Below the pieces are notes generated by a model that saw only the letters and a program-made list of their open reading frames with translations, did no database searches and was not told where the DNA came from. Positions 13,614 to 24,334 of a stretch of DNA of 64,000 bases are shown here, piece after piece. A program made the position numbers and the translations under genes. The DNA is from Mobula hypostoma (Eukaryota): assembly GCF_963921235.1 (NCBI RefSeq), contig NC_086097.1:133734001-133798000 (forward strand). The letters run 5' to 3'. Position 1 is the stretch's first letter; the number at the start of each line of letters is the position of its first letter.

Positions 13614-14133
13614 CGAGGGGTGATTAATAAGTTTGTGGCCTAAGGTAGAAGGAGTCAATTTTAGAAAACCTAGCACATTTATTTTTCAACATAGTCCCCT
13701 CCTACATTTACATACTTATTCCAGCGGTCGTGGAGCATACAGATCCCTTCTTTGTAGAAGTCGGCGTCTTGGACCTCTAGTAAGTGGTCCACAGCACGGG
13801 TGATTGATGTTCGTGCCCTAAGGTAGAAGGAGATGAGTTATTAACTTCAAACTTAATTCATAATCAATCAAAGAGTTGAACTGCACGTGCATGTAACGAG
13901 AACTGTATAACTCATCTCCTTCTACCTTAGGCCACAAATTTATCAATCACCCCTGCTGTGGAGCACTTTCTGGGGGTCCAAGATGCCGACTTCTACAAAG
14001 AAGGGATCTGTATGCGTCACGACCACTGGACTAAGTGTGTAAATGTAGGAGGAGACTATGTTGAAAAATAAATGTGCTAGGTTTTCTAAAATTGACTCCT
14101 ACCTTAGGCCACGAACCTATCAATCACCCCTCG
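13614..14133. mobile_element. Mariner-derived palindromic non-autonomous element (MITE)
   Basis: TA dinucleotides flank it at 13612-13 and 14134-35. TIR cgaggggtgatt(a/g)ataagtt(t/c)gtggcctaaggtag. Each arm encodes a mariner transposase C-terminus (DFYKEGICML.DRW.K.VNVGGDYVEK*). Confidence 0.92.
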
Positions 14134-16110
14134 TAAGTCATTTATAAAACCAGCACATTTACATGCATTTGCAGCAATACTTTGCAGCTTGCAACTTACA
14201 TATGACAGACAGCCCCGATTTTAGGTTGTATTGTGATGTGGAGCATGCAGTACTGTTCTTAGAAGTTATCAATAATACTTCGGCACTTAGCAAAAGAGCA
14301 TCAAAATACTGCTTTGAAATCTCTTAAAAGCTATGGCAAACAATACCTTAAAGGCTAACTGAAGAGCATTAAGTTATGCAGAAAAATTCTAAAGGGTTTA
14401 TACTGTATAAAGGTATTTTAACAGCCCTGGGAATTTCATCATTATCAATGGATCAATCTGATATATACTACAAGTAAAAATTATTTACATGTAAAAGCAT
14501 CTCCTAATAACTGATATGGACATGTATCAGGAAATTCCTATTACAGCTATATGTCTTATATGTGCTTGCTATATAGTTCTGAAACTAAACAGTGATTACA
14601 CATCATAAGAACACAAGATATGTGAACAAGAGCCAGCCTTATAGTCCTCTGGGCCTGCTTTGCCATTCTGTAAGATCATGGCTGAAGTGATCTTGCCTCA
14701 ATTCCACTTGTTTACCTGTTGCCGATGACCTCTGATTCCGTTAAAATGTCTGCCTCCGCCTTGATTATACTGAGTCAGCAAATTCAAGCTTTGGGAGCAA
14801 AATATTCCAAAGATTCAAAGCTTTCTGGGAGAAGAATTCCTCTTCATCTCATTCTTCATTGGGTGACTCCTTAGTCTGAGACCTTGGTGCTAGAATGCCT
14901 AACTAGGTGGGGAAATGACTTTATCGTCAACTATGTCAAAACCCCTCTGAATCTTATGCTTCTGAAGTATTTCAAAGATTGTCACACAGCTTGGGATATT
15001 CTATGGGTGCGAAGGGTGCTTGATTCATATGTCCTTTCCTTCTGCAAATTGAGTGCACATTTATTTTTAATGTCAAGAGTATTTGTGGGAAGCATTTATT
15101 CTTTTCACAGTGAATTCACTGTTCTTCAAAGATCATGCAGATGTTCTCTCTCTGCCAGTACTTACTTTCTTTAACTAAAAAATTCCAACAAGAAATGCTT
15201 CCAGACCTCAACTAGAGTTTACAAATGTACACAAAATTTACTACATTTTTTATAACAGACTCAGATTAATCTTTCCCAATCAACAAGCAAAGAAAATGAT
15301 TCATTAACTTCCATAATTTTAGAATCAGTGATTAAGTTCGTAGATGAAAATATATTGCAGAATGCATAAGATCGATGCGAAAACAATACACATAAAATTT
15401 CAGTGAAATAATCCTGTCCTGGAAATACTTTACAAATAAAATTTAATGATTCCCTTCAGGAAAAAGTCGGTTGCATTGTTTCATGAGATGTGAGTTGAGA
15501 AGTTATTAAATAAGAGCAGGTACGATATAACAAGCAGAGATCGGCTTTTACAATTGCATTGTCACCTCAAATCCAGTAGGTGGTGATCATTAGTAGCAAC
15601 CTTAACCCAGGTGCAATACATTGTCCAAATATAAAAGCCACCTTCCAGAGTTTTTAAATAAATATAAATGCATTTGACAAAATAAATGTCCGATCTATTG
15701 TATTGTTGTCAAGCTTATAAAAATGAGGTAGTATTCAACAGGCAGAACTGATTTAAGTTGACTGTATGACCTTGGTAAACAATTTATTTATAATGGTACT
15801 TTTCCTCTGAGTAAAATCACTAACCATGACTGCTTCTATAAAATTATATTTTTAACCTCTTACAGATTTATTACATTTTTCATCTATCTTTAGTTTTACA
15901 CAGATTTTTACTTAGATTGAAATATTTTTAACTCTTGTATGTGATACAAGAAAATTTGGCGACACCAAATTATGGATGGACATTTACTGCCCATCCATAA
16001 TTGCCCTTGAAAAGATTGTAGTGAGTTGCTCTCTTGAACTATTACATTCTCTATAGAAAAGGTACTGCTATTGTTCTGTTGGGAATGATTTAGACCCAGT
16101 GATCATGAAG

Positions 16111-17095
16111 GATGGTTTCTTAAGGTTGTTATAGCCAGGGGTGGTAATGGGGATAAGCTCCCACTACCTATTAAATGCTCCCAATGGCGTGCAACTCAAA
16201 TATCCTCTGACAACCAAGTCCAGCTCCTGGCCTTCACATGTAGCTTAGCTACTAAGCCCAACAGAACTGTTTCTGCTGACAGGAGAAGGGGCTAAGGTAC
16301 TTTACTGACGCCTTAAAATCAGTCATTTCAGGATGATGGAGCTCGTCAGCCGTGGTTGGCAGCTCATCTAAGATACGGAAAAAGGTTCGAAAAGGTTCCA
16401 TTTATTGTCAAAGTGTGCATGTATGATACAACTCTGATGTTTGTCTTCTCCAGATAGCCAAGACCATATAACAACTCCCCCTTGCCCGAAAAAGAAAAAG
16501 AAACAAAATTTGCAAACCCCAAAATCCCCCACCTCCTCCCCCACAGAAAACAAACAGGATCAAATCCCCCACCCCTATCCCACAGGAAAAAAATTAGTGA
16601 CAATAACAACCCCCGACCCCTTACTCGCAGATAAAAAACAGCAAGAGGAGCATCAAAATCTCCAACCCCTCCCCTAACAGATCACCCTCCCGCCAGTCGT
16701 CCGCAAAAAGAAAATGCCGAGAAACCATAGGAGACCAAAATAAAGTGCGGTCCAATAACATAAATCTCAGAACATCAAACAGAACTCATGCCTGATCCAA
16801 ACCTGAACCTCAGCTGCTTTGTGGCTGTACCCACTCATGGGGAAGACTTCGAGAGTAAATCCTGAGAGAAAAATCCAGAGCTGGCGTCCCTAAGGCAGTC
16901 CTACATTGAGTTCAATGCTGCTGGTGCCAAACTATATCAGTCTCTGCCATTCCTTTGGGTTCATCAGATGCGTGGAGAGGGCAACAGCTTACTACAAGGG
17001 CAACGGCTTGCTCTCCATATCGTACCGGCCTGGCTTACGTATCTAGGCAGCTAGGACACAACATCCAAGGTTGACTCTGTCCAACGGAGGCCTCA
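16111..17095 (+). mobile_element. Non-coding retroposon, probably RTE 5'UTR-derived, with 11 bp TSD
   Basis: tgatcatgaag is duplicated at 16100-16110 and 17096-17106, and the insert splits an older minus-strand LINE tail. The RTE assignment is from remembered similarity only. Confidence 0.6.
16383..16782 (-). mobile_element. Short non-autonomous retroposon 3' part nested in the preceding element
   Basis: Minus strand ends ...acactttgacaataaatggaaccttttcgaacc (AATAAA plus short repeat tail). G/T-rich body on the minus strand. Confidence 0.55.
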
Positions 17096-17756
17096 TGATC
17101 ATGAAGCAACGGTGATATATGATCATTTCAACATACTGTTGTGACATGGAGAGGAAAACATTAGGATGATGTTCTCATCTGCATTCTGCCCTCCTTCTCT
17201 TTGGTGGTAGAGGTAGCAGGTTTCAGCCATTACTCTTGAAGTAACTGGGCAAGCAACTGCAGTGCTTTTGTAGATGGTACACACTATAGACACTGTCCAC
17301 TGGAGGTAGAAGGAATGATGCTTAGATTGGTGGATGGGGTACCAACCCTTGAGAGTTGTTGAAGCTGCACTCATCCATGCAAGTGGTAGTGAGGGACCCA
17401 TTCAATATCCTAAGTACTTTGTAGGTGATGGAAAGACTTTTTGGCGTCATTGGAGGGTGTATCATTGGCTTAAGAAATAGATAAGATGATAAGGTCATAG
17501 AGTATGGCCCATGATGTTTGACGGGAGTTCAGTGAAACCATCTCTCACTGCTTCCCATCTGTAATTTCTTTGGCTCTTCAACTTTTCGACCACATTTTGA
17601 TTTCCTCGTCTTTGCATAATTAAACTCATGATGGCTATTTGCAATAATCACTTCTGCCTGCACGTGGTCCATTTCTCTCATTTCCTGCATATTCATGTGC
17701 CCAATACCTCTTAAGCAGCTCTATCATGTTTGCTTCCACACCAACCACAGCAGTGC

Positions 17757-18140
17757 ATTTCCCTCTCTCTCCTTTTTCTCCCTCTGACCCTCTCACTATA
17801 CCCCTTGCCCATCCTCTGGGTTTTTCCCCCCTCTCCCTTTTCCTTCTCCCTGGGCCTCCTGTCCCATGATCCTCTCATATCCCTTTTGCCAATCACCTGT
17901 CCAGCTCTTGGCTCCATCCCTCCCCCTCCTGTCTTCTCCTATCATTTTGGTCTCCCCCCCCCTTCCCCTCCCACTTTCAAATCTCTTACTAGCTCTTCCT
18001 TCAGTTAGTCCTGACGAAGGGTCTCGGCCCGAAACGTCGATTGTACCTCTTCCTAGAGATGCTGCCTGGCCTGCTGCGTTCACCAGCAACTTTGATGTGT
18101 GTTGCTTGAATTGCCAGTATCTGCAGAATTCCTCGTGTTT
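17757..18140 (+). mobile_element. Penelope-like element pLTR (solo, young)
   Basis: Highly similar to 25545-25908 and to the reverse complement of 24335-24680, which flank a GIY-YIG ORF. Confidence 0.88.
18007..18042 (+). ncRNA. Minimal type-I hammerhead ribozyme motif in pLTR (core intact)
   Basis: AGUC-CUGACGA-A-GGG(ucucgg)CCC-GAAA-CG-UC^GAUU. Stem I is AGUC/GAUU, stem II is GGG/CCC, and palindromic ACGU replaces stem III. Predicted cleavage after C18038. Confidence 0.75.
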
Positions 18141-18519
18141 ACACAGCAGTGCATTCTGGGTACTCACCTCTCTCTGAGAAAAAAAACTTGCCCCACACAT
18201 CTTCTTTGAACTTCCCCGTCCTCAATTTAAATGAACAGCATTGATTCAACATAATCCAAGCAAGAGCACAAAAAAAAAAGAATCACTTAGAACTTAAGGG
18301 TCAAGTACAGCTTTGACCAGCAGCCGATCCAGACATTGGAAGTTTGGAGAAGAGAGGACTTCAATCAGATCCACTGCCCAAAGATAAAAGGCAGGAGCGG
18401 GTCGCGGCAGCGCAATGGAGCTTTGAGCAGCAGCCAGTCCTGATATCAGAAGTTTTGAGAGGAAGGGACTACAATAAGGTCCACTGCATGAGGATAAAAG
18501 GCAGGAGTGGGTGTGATCA

Positions 18520-19175
18520 AAGCAAATGCAATGTTAGTATTCATTTCAAGATGACTAGCATACAAAAGCATGAATATAATGTTGAGACTTTATAAAGCAC
18601 TGGTGAGGCTTCACTTGAAATATTCTGAGCAGGTTGGGACCCCTTAGAAAGGATGTACTGAAATTGGAGAGAGTTCAAAGGAGGTTCACGAAAATGATTC
18701 CAGGACTAAATGGCTTGTCATATGAAAAGCATTTGATGGTTCTGGGCCAGTATTCACTAGAATTCAGAAGAATGAAAGGTGACCTAATTGAAACCTATCG
18801 AATGGTGAAAGGCCTTGATAGAGTGGATGTGGAGAGGAGGTTTCCTGTGGTGGGAGAGTCTAAGACCAGGGGGCACACCCTCAGAATAGAGGGGCATCTT
18901 CTTAGAACGGAGATGAGGAGAAATTTCTTGAGCAAGAGAGTGATGAATCTGTGGAATTCTTTCCCACAGGCAGCTGTGGAGGCCAAGTCTTTTCATGTAT
19001 TTAAGGCAGAGGTTGATGGATTCTTGATTAGTCAGAGCATGAAGGAACGGGGAGAAGGCCGGAGATTGGGGATGAGAGGAAAAATAGTTCAGTCATGATG
19101 AAATGGTGGAGCAGATTCGATGGGCCAAATGGCCTAATTCTGCTCCTATACCTGATGGCCTGATGGACTTATTTC
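18520..19175 (+). mobile_element. CR1 LINE 3' fragment
   Basis: ORF 18634-19098: LRKDVLKLERVQRRFTKMIPGL...YSLEFRRMKGDLIETY...SKTRGH, followed by a CR1 3'UTR. Confidence 0.92.
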
Positions 19176-19941
19176 TTTGACAAGATTAACATTACAAGGA
19201 TTGCATCAAAGCAAACAGTTCTTAATGCTGAGAAGATCAGTGTTAGGAAGCCTTGGGATTTTGGAAAGGGACATTGTTATTAATCTTTTTTTCACTTGAG
19301 GCAGAACATAATCTCAGCCCTTCTACATTTCCAGGGCAGAGATTAAGCAGTCAATGTATAATTAATCAACTTCTCAATGCAGGGGTCAATGGTTTGAAGA
19401 TTAAAATTTCCCCAGTATAGTGGTCTTTACATTGTCCCGTCCAGGCACTGCTTTCAATAGTAGTACAGTATCAAGAATCATTATTTTCTTGAATAATTCT
19501 TCCCCTTCCTTTATCATTCTGTAACATAAACCATAATGAAAGTCATACAAATCGCTTCACAATGAACCGGTTACCAGATAAATGTCTCTATGCTGGCTTT
19601 TGTAATAACTTAACAGCTCACATAATGTTTAATTATATTCACACCATAGGAGGAAAGTTTGGAAGGTTTCCAATTAAGCAACAGAAATTTTAGATCTGCA
19701 GGTAGTAGATAATTAAGCTTCTAATGTTGGTTATGACGTCAGCAGCATCAATGCTCCTTTCCTTACCAAAGACCCAGCAATATAGCGTAACATCATGCTG
19801 AAAGGCAATTTTCTGAACTAGATTGTCACAACATGAACTCCACCACCTCAGCAGTAGATTGTTGAACACGGTGGATTTACATGCATTTGTGTCAGATCAT
19901 TGGGTTAATGATGGGGATGTTGCTAAGTTTGTTCACTGAAG

Positions 19942-20185
19942 GGAGGCACAGTGGTGCAACTCGTAGACCCACTGCTTCAAACTCCCAGCCACCCAGATTC
20001 AATGCTGACCTCCAGTACTGTTGAGATGGAACATGCACATTTTCCCTATGACCGTGTAGGCTTTCTTCCACATTTCAAAGCCATGTAGGGTTTATTAATT
20101 GATCCTTGTGTGCAGATGGTGAGAGAATTTATTTGGGGAGGGGAGGGAGTTAATGGGAATGCAGTGAGAATAAAATGGGCTACGT
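19942..20185 (+). mobile_element. tRNA-derived HE1/V-SINE-like element, 5' part (3' tail resumes at about 23190-23275)
   Basis: ggcacagtggtgca head with decayed A/B boxes (gattcaatgc) and V-domain-like tgcacattttccctatgaccgtgtagg. The tail gggcctgtttctgtactgtat follows the Rex insertion. Confidence 0.65.
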
Positions 20186-20187
20186 CA

Positions 20188-23183
20188 CAAGATGGCAACA
20201 AGCATGGTGACAGCTGTCTCTCCGGGTCCAATCAAAGGTGAAATTTCTTGTCCTATTTGTCTTTTCCATGATTGAAAAACACTGCTGATCATAAATAACA
20301 CTAAATTATGCAAGTCTACCTTGCTAACGAGCTGAATAATGAGGGTTCTTCACAGTTACGGCCTAATGCTTGGAGAGGGCCCTCGAAACGTGCCATGGCC
20401 TACTACAGCTACTTGGGGGAATGGATGTCGGAAGCGGTGTAGGAGGATGCAGAAATGTAGCAAGCGACCCAGTATTCAAGCAGGCCTGTGCTCCTGATGA
20501 TCCTACTTGATCGCTAGAAAATAAGCTGGATTATCTGTGTCTGCATCTGAACCAGTATGAGATGAAGGACAGTTGTACATAATTCTCAACAGAAACATGG
20601 CTCCAGGACTCCACTCCAGAGTCAGCCATCTAGCTAGGAGGCCTAATCTCCTTTCTGGCAGACAGAAATGCAGCAGTCTCCGGCAAGACCTGCAAAGGAT
20701 GTCTGTGAGTCTACTCCAGTAAGAAATGGTGCATGAATCCTCGTTAGTAATGGCCTACTGCTCATGGCAGATTAGGTTTTTAATGGTGAAGTGCAGGCAC
20801 TAATACTTACCAAGGTTGCTGTTTGTTGCTGTTTACATCGCTCCCCCCCGCCACCACAGGACAGCGCAGCAGGAGCTCTACGGTGCTATTTGTGATCTCC
20901 AAGCCACACATCCCGAAGTGCCTTCATTGATGTTGGTGACTTCAATCGTGTCAACTTAAAAACAGTCTTGCCAAAGTTCGACCACCACGTTAACTTCACA
21001 AGCCGAGGAGAAAATATATTAGACCTGGTCAATACCAACATTTGTGGAGCCTACAAGACTGACCACACCAACCCACCCCCCACCCCCCCACCCCCCACTT
21101 TGGATACTCAGACCTAGGCAAAAAGGGCCAACCCAGCACCGCAGGACTGTTTCGAAAGCGCAGACTGGAGCATATTCAGGGAGGTGACAACCTAAAAATC
21201 ATCACGTCATCAGCATTGATGAATATGTGCAATCAGTGACTGGCTACATAGGAAAATGCACTGAGGACGTCAGAGTGTTTAAACATAACACAGTCAGGGC
21301 AAACCCGAAACCATGGTTGACTCAGGAGTTTGTGCACTGCTTACGGATCAGGATGCTGCCCTCAGATTGAGGGGTGAGTCAACTCTAAGGTCAGCAGGAG
21401 CCACGCTCTACCCAGCATCAGGCATCAGGAAGGCAAAGTGTGAGTGCTCACAGACAAGTCACAGACATCTTTGTGACACCAGGGACACTCTGCGTACATA
21501 GCAAGATATACAAACCATAATAGATTATAAGTTCACCCCGCACGTCAACAACAATGAGGCTGAATACTTTCTGTGCACGATTTGATGCAATGAATGGATC
21601 CCCCTGAGGAACAGGCACCCTGCTAATTGCAGTCAAGGTGAGGAGGATGCTAACCCACGCAAAGCTGCGGGGCTGGACTACATACCTGGTCAGGTGCTGA
21701 GAGATTGTGCAACCCAGCTAACAGAGGACTTAAGGGACAACTTTAGTATATTTTTGTCACAGTTTACTGCCCCTGCAAGCTTTAAAGCAGCCACTACCAT
21801 TCCGTGCCCAAGAGAGCAATGATAATTGGTCTAAATGATAACCGCCCAGTGGCACTGACCTCAGTCATCATGAAATGCTTTAAGTGGCTGATAACAGATC
21901 ATAAAAAATCTCACCTTGCAGCTACATTGGATACTTTCCAGCTTGTCGACCACTCAAACCAGTCCACTGATTATGCCATAACCTTGGCCTTTCACTCCAT
22001 CCCGTCCCATCTAGCAAACAATGGCTCATATGCCAGGATGTTATTAATCGACTTCAGCTTGGCGTTTAACATGTTCATCCCTCAGAGGCTGGAAGTAAAC
22101 TGCCCTCATTAGGACTCAGCACCCCTCTCTGTAACTGAATCGTGGACTTCTTGACAGAAAGACCCCAGGCAGTCTGAGTTGGCAGCAACATCTCAAGCTC
22201 GATCATGCTGAGCACTCGTGCCCCCCAGGGCTGCGTGCTCAGTCTGCTGCTGACTCACGACTGCACTGTCAGATCCAGCTCAAACAGCATCATCAAGTTC
22301 GCTGATGATACTGCAGTGCTTGGCCTCGTCAGCAGCAATGATGACACAAGGCAGGGCAGCTTGTCAAGTGGTGAGAAAACAACAGCCTGAGTCTCAACAT
22401 GGACGAGACAAAAGAGATGATTGTGGATTTCAGGAAGGCACAGTTCGACCGCTCTCCATTGCACATCAATGACTCTGCCATGGAGAGAGTAAAGAGCATA
22501 AAGTTCCTTGGTGTGCACATAACAGATGATCTAAACTGGACCCACAACACCTCCTCTTTAGTGAAGAAGGCATAAAAGAATCTACACTTTCTGGGAAAAT
22601 TAAGGACCTGCACCCATTCTGACAACTTCCCACAGGAGCACCATCAGCAGTGCCCTGTTAGGCTGCATTATTGTGTGGTATGGAAGCTGCAAGGTGTCAG
22701 ACTACAAGATTCTACAGAGGATAGTAAAAACCACTGAGAAGATCACTGTTTATGACATTTACTGGAAGCATTGTATACCAAGGGCCGGAAGCATTGCTGA
22801 ACATCCCTACCAATCCACAATCTCTTTGATTCACTCCCATCAGGGAAGAGGTACAGGAGCATCAGGACTAGGACTGCCAGATTGAGTATCAGCTTCTTCC
22901 CCCAGGCTGTGAGGCTAATGTATACCCTGCCACCATTGAAGTCTTATAACTAGGACAGCAAGCTGTTTACTATTTACCTGTGCAGCACACTACAGGCTAC
23001 AGGCACTTTGCATGTATTTCATGAATTTAGTTGTGGTAATGTTTTGTTTTATCTGCTCTGCGGTGTCTGTGTCTGTGTCTGTGAGAGAGAGAGAGAAATG
23101 TCTTATAGGTGCACTGTGGTCTGGAGGAACGTTGTTTTGTTTGGTTGTATATATGTACAGTCAGATGACAATAAACAAACTTA
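20188..23183 (+). mobile_element. Rex1/Babar-like LINE, near full length but degraded
   Basis: Starts caagatggc. APE remnants (acagaaacatggctc = TETWL; GDFN codons at about 20935). RT motifs RPVALTSVIMKCF, LLIDFSLAFN, APQGCVLS, IKFADD. Ends aataaacaaactt. Confidence 0.9.
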
Positions 23184-23302
23184 AGGATTTTTTTGTGAAA
23201 ATGGGTAACTTGGCAGCCAGGCAGTCAGCTGGTCTGGCATAGGGCCTGTTTCTGTACTGTATCTGTCTGTAGTTCTAAGTTGGCAAGTTCATGCCACTAT
23301 AC

Positions 23303-23530
23303 AACACACACACAATGCTGGAGGAACTCAGCAGGTCAGCCAGCATCTATGGAAAGGAGTAAACAGTCGACATTTCAGGCCAAGACCCTTCATCCATCCT
23401 GATGAAGTGTCTCGGCCCAAAATGTCGACTGTTTACTCTTTTCTATAGATGCTGCCTGACCTGCAGAGTTTCTCCACCATTTTGTGTGTGGCTTTGGATT
23501 TCCAGCATCTGCATATTTTTTCGTGTTTGT
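23303..23530. mobile_element. Fold-back pLTR-derived element centred on two opposed hammerhead motifs
   Basis: Left arm 23305-23395 is the approximate reverse complement of the right arm 23398-23490. Centre ...gacccttcatcc|atcctgatgaagtgtctc... Confidence 0.8.
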
Positions 23531-23589
23531 CATGTCATGCCACCATGCGGAGGCTAACAGCACACATGGAGGACCAAGTTATCAGAATA

Positions 23590-23832
23590 CATTGGGACAT
23601 CCTGCGATTCAAAATTGGCTTGAAGGTAGGAATCAGAAGATGATGGTTGAAGATTGTTTCTTGAAATAAAGGCCAGGTGTGCCACAAGGGTTGGTGTTCT
23701 GACCCTAATTATTTGTTATTTCTGTAAATAACTTTGGTGCAAATATACAAGGCTTGCTCAGTAAGGTTGCGGATGAAACGAAATTAGGTTTGTCGACAGT
23801 GAAGAAGCTACCGTAGGTTACAAGGGGGTCTT
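23590..23832 (+). mobile_element. CR1 RT fragment, upstream part of an interrupted copy
   Basis: gtgccacaaggg (VPQG) and gttgcggatgaaacgaaatta (decayed FADDTKL); resumes after about 26150. Confidence 0.7.
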
Positions 23833-24334
23833 TATCTTTCTTTTCAAATCTTTTTATTATTGTTATATTATTCAAATATAACATGAATATATTGAAGTAA
23901 GCAACACTTACAGTGTCTCAAGGAAAAAAAGACATTTTAAAGATTGAAAAATTTTGGGGATAATAAAAAAACCCTACTAAGCAGAAGAAGTGGGGAAAAA
24001 CACCATTAGGTGTACAACCCCGGAGCCATGTGTCATACAAAAAACTTCTCAAGATAAACATCAAACCACCAGCAAGAAAAAAATATATACCAAAAATTTG
24101 CAATTAGATCGTGGAGGAAATCTATCAATTAATTCAAATGATAATAACGACCAAATGAACCCCATCTTTTCTCAAAATCAAATAAAGTTTCAAAGGTTCG
24201 ACTTCTAATTTTCTCCAAACTAAGACATAACACATCACTTGAGAGAACCATTGTGACAAAGTGGGAGCTGATGTATCCTTCCATTTCAACAAAATGGCCC
24301 TCCTAGCTATCAATGTAACAAATGCAATAACATG
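23833..24334 (-). mobile_element. L1-clade LINE 3' end (ORF2 C-terminus + 3'UTR), part 1
   Basis: HVIAFVTLIARRAILLKWKDTSAPTLSQWF, with minus-strand tail aataaaaagatttgaaaagaaag. Confidence 0.8.

Noticed and set aside
19942-20015. tRNA gene
   Set aside because: Decayed tRNA-derived SINE head; no cloverleaf can be drawn.
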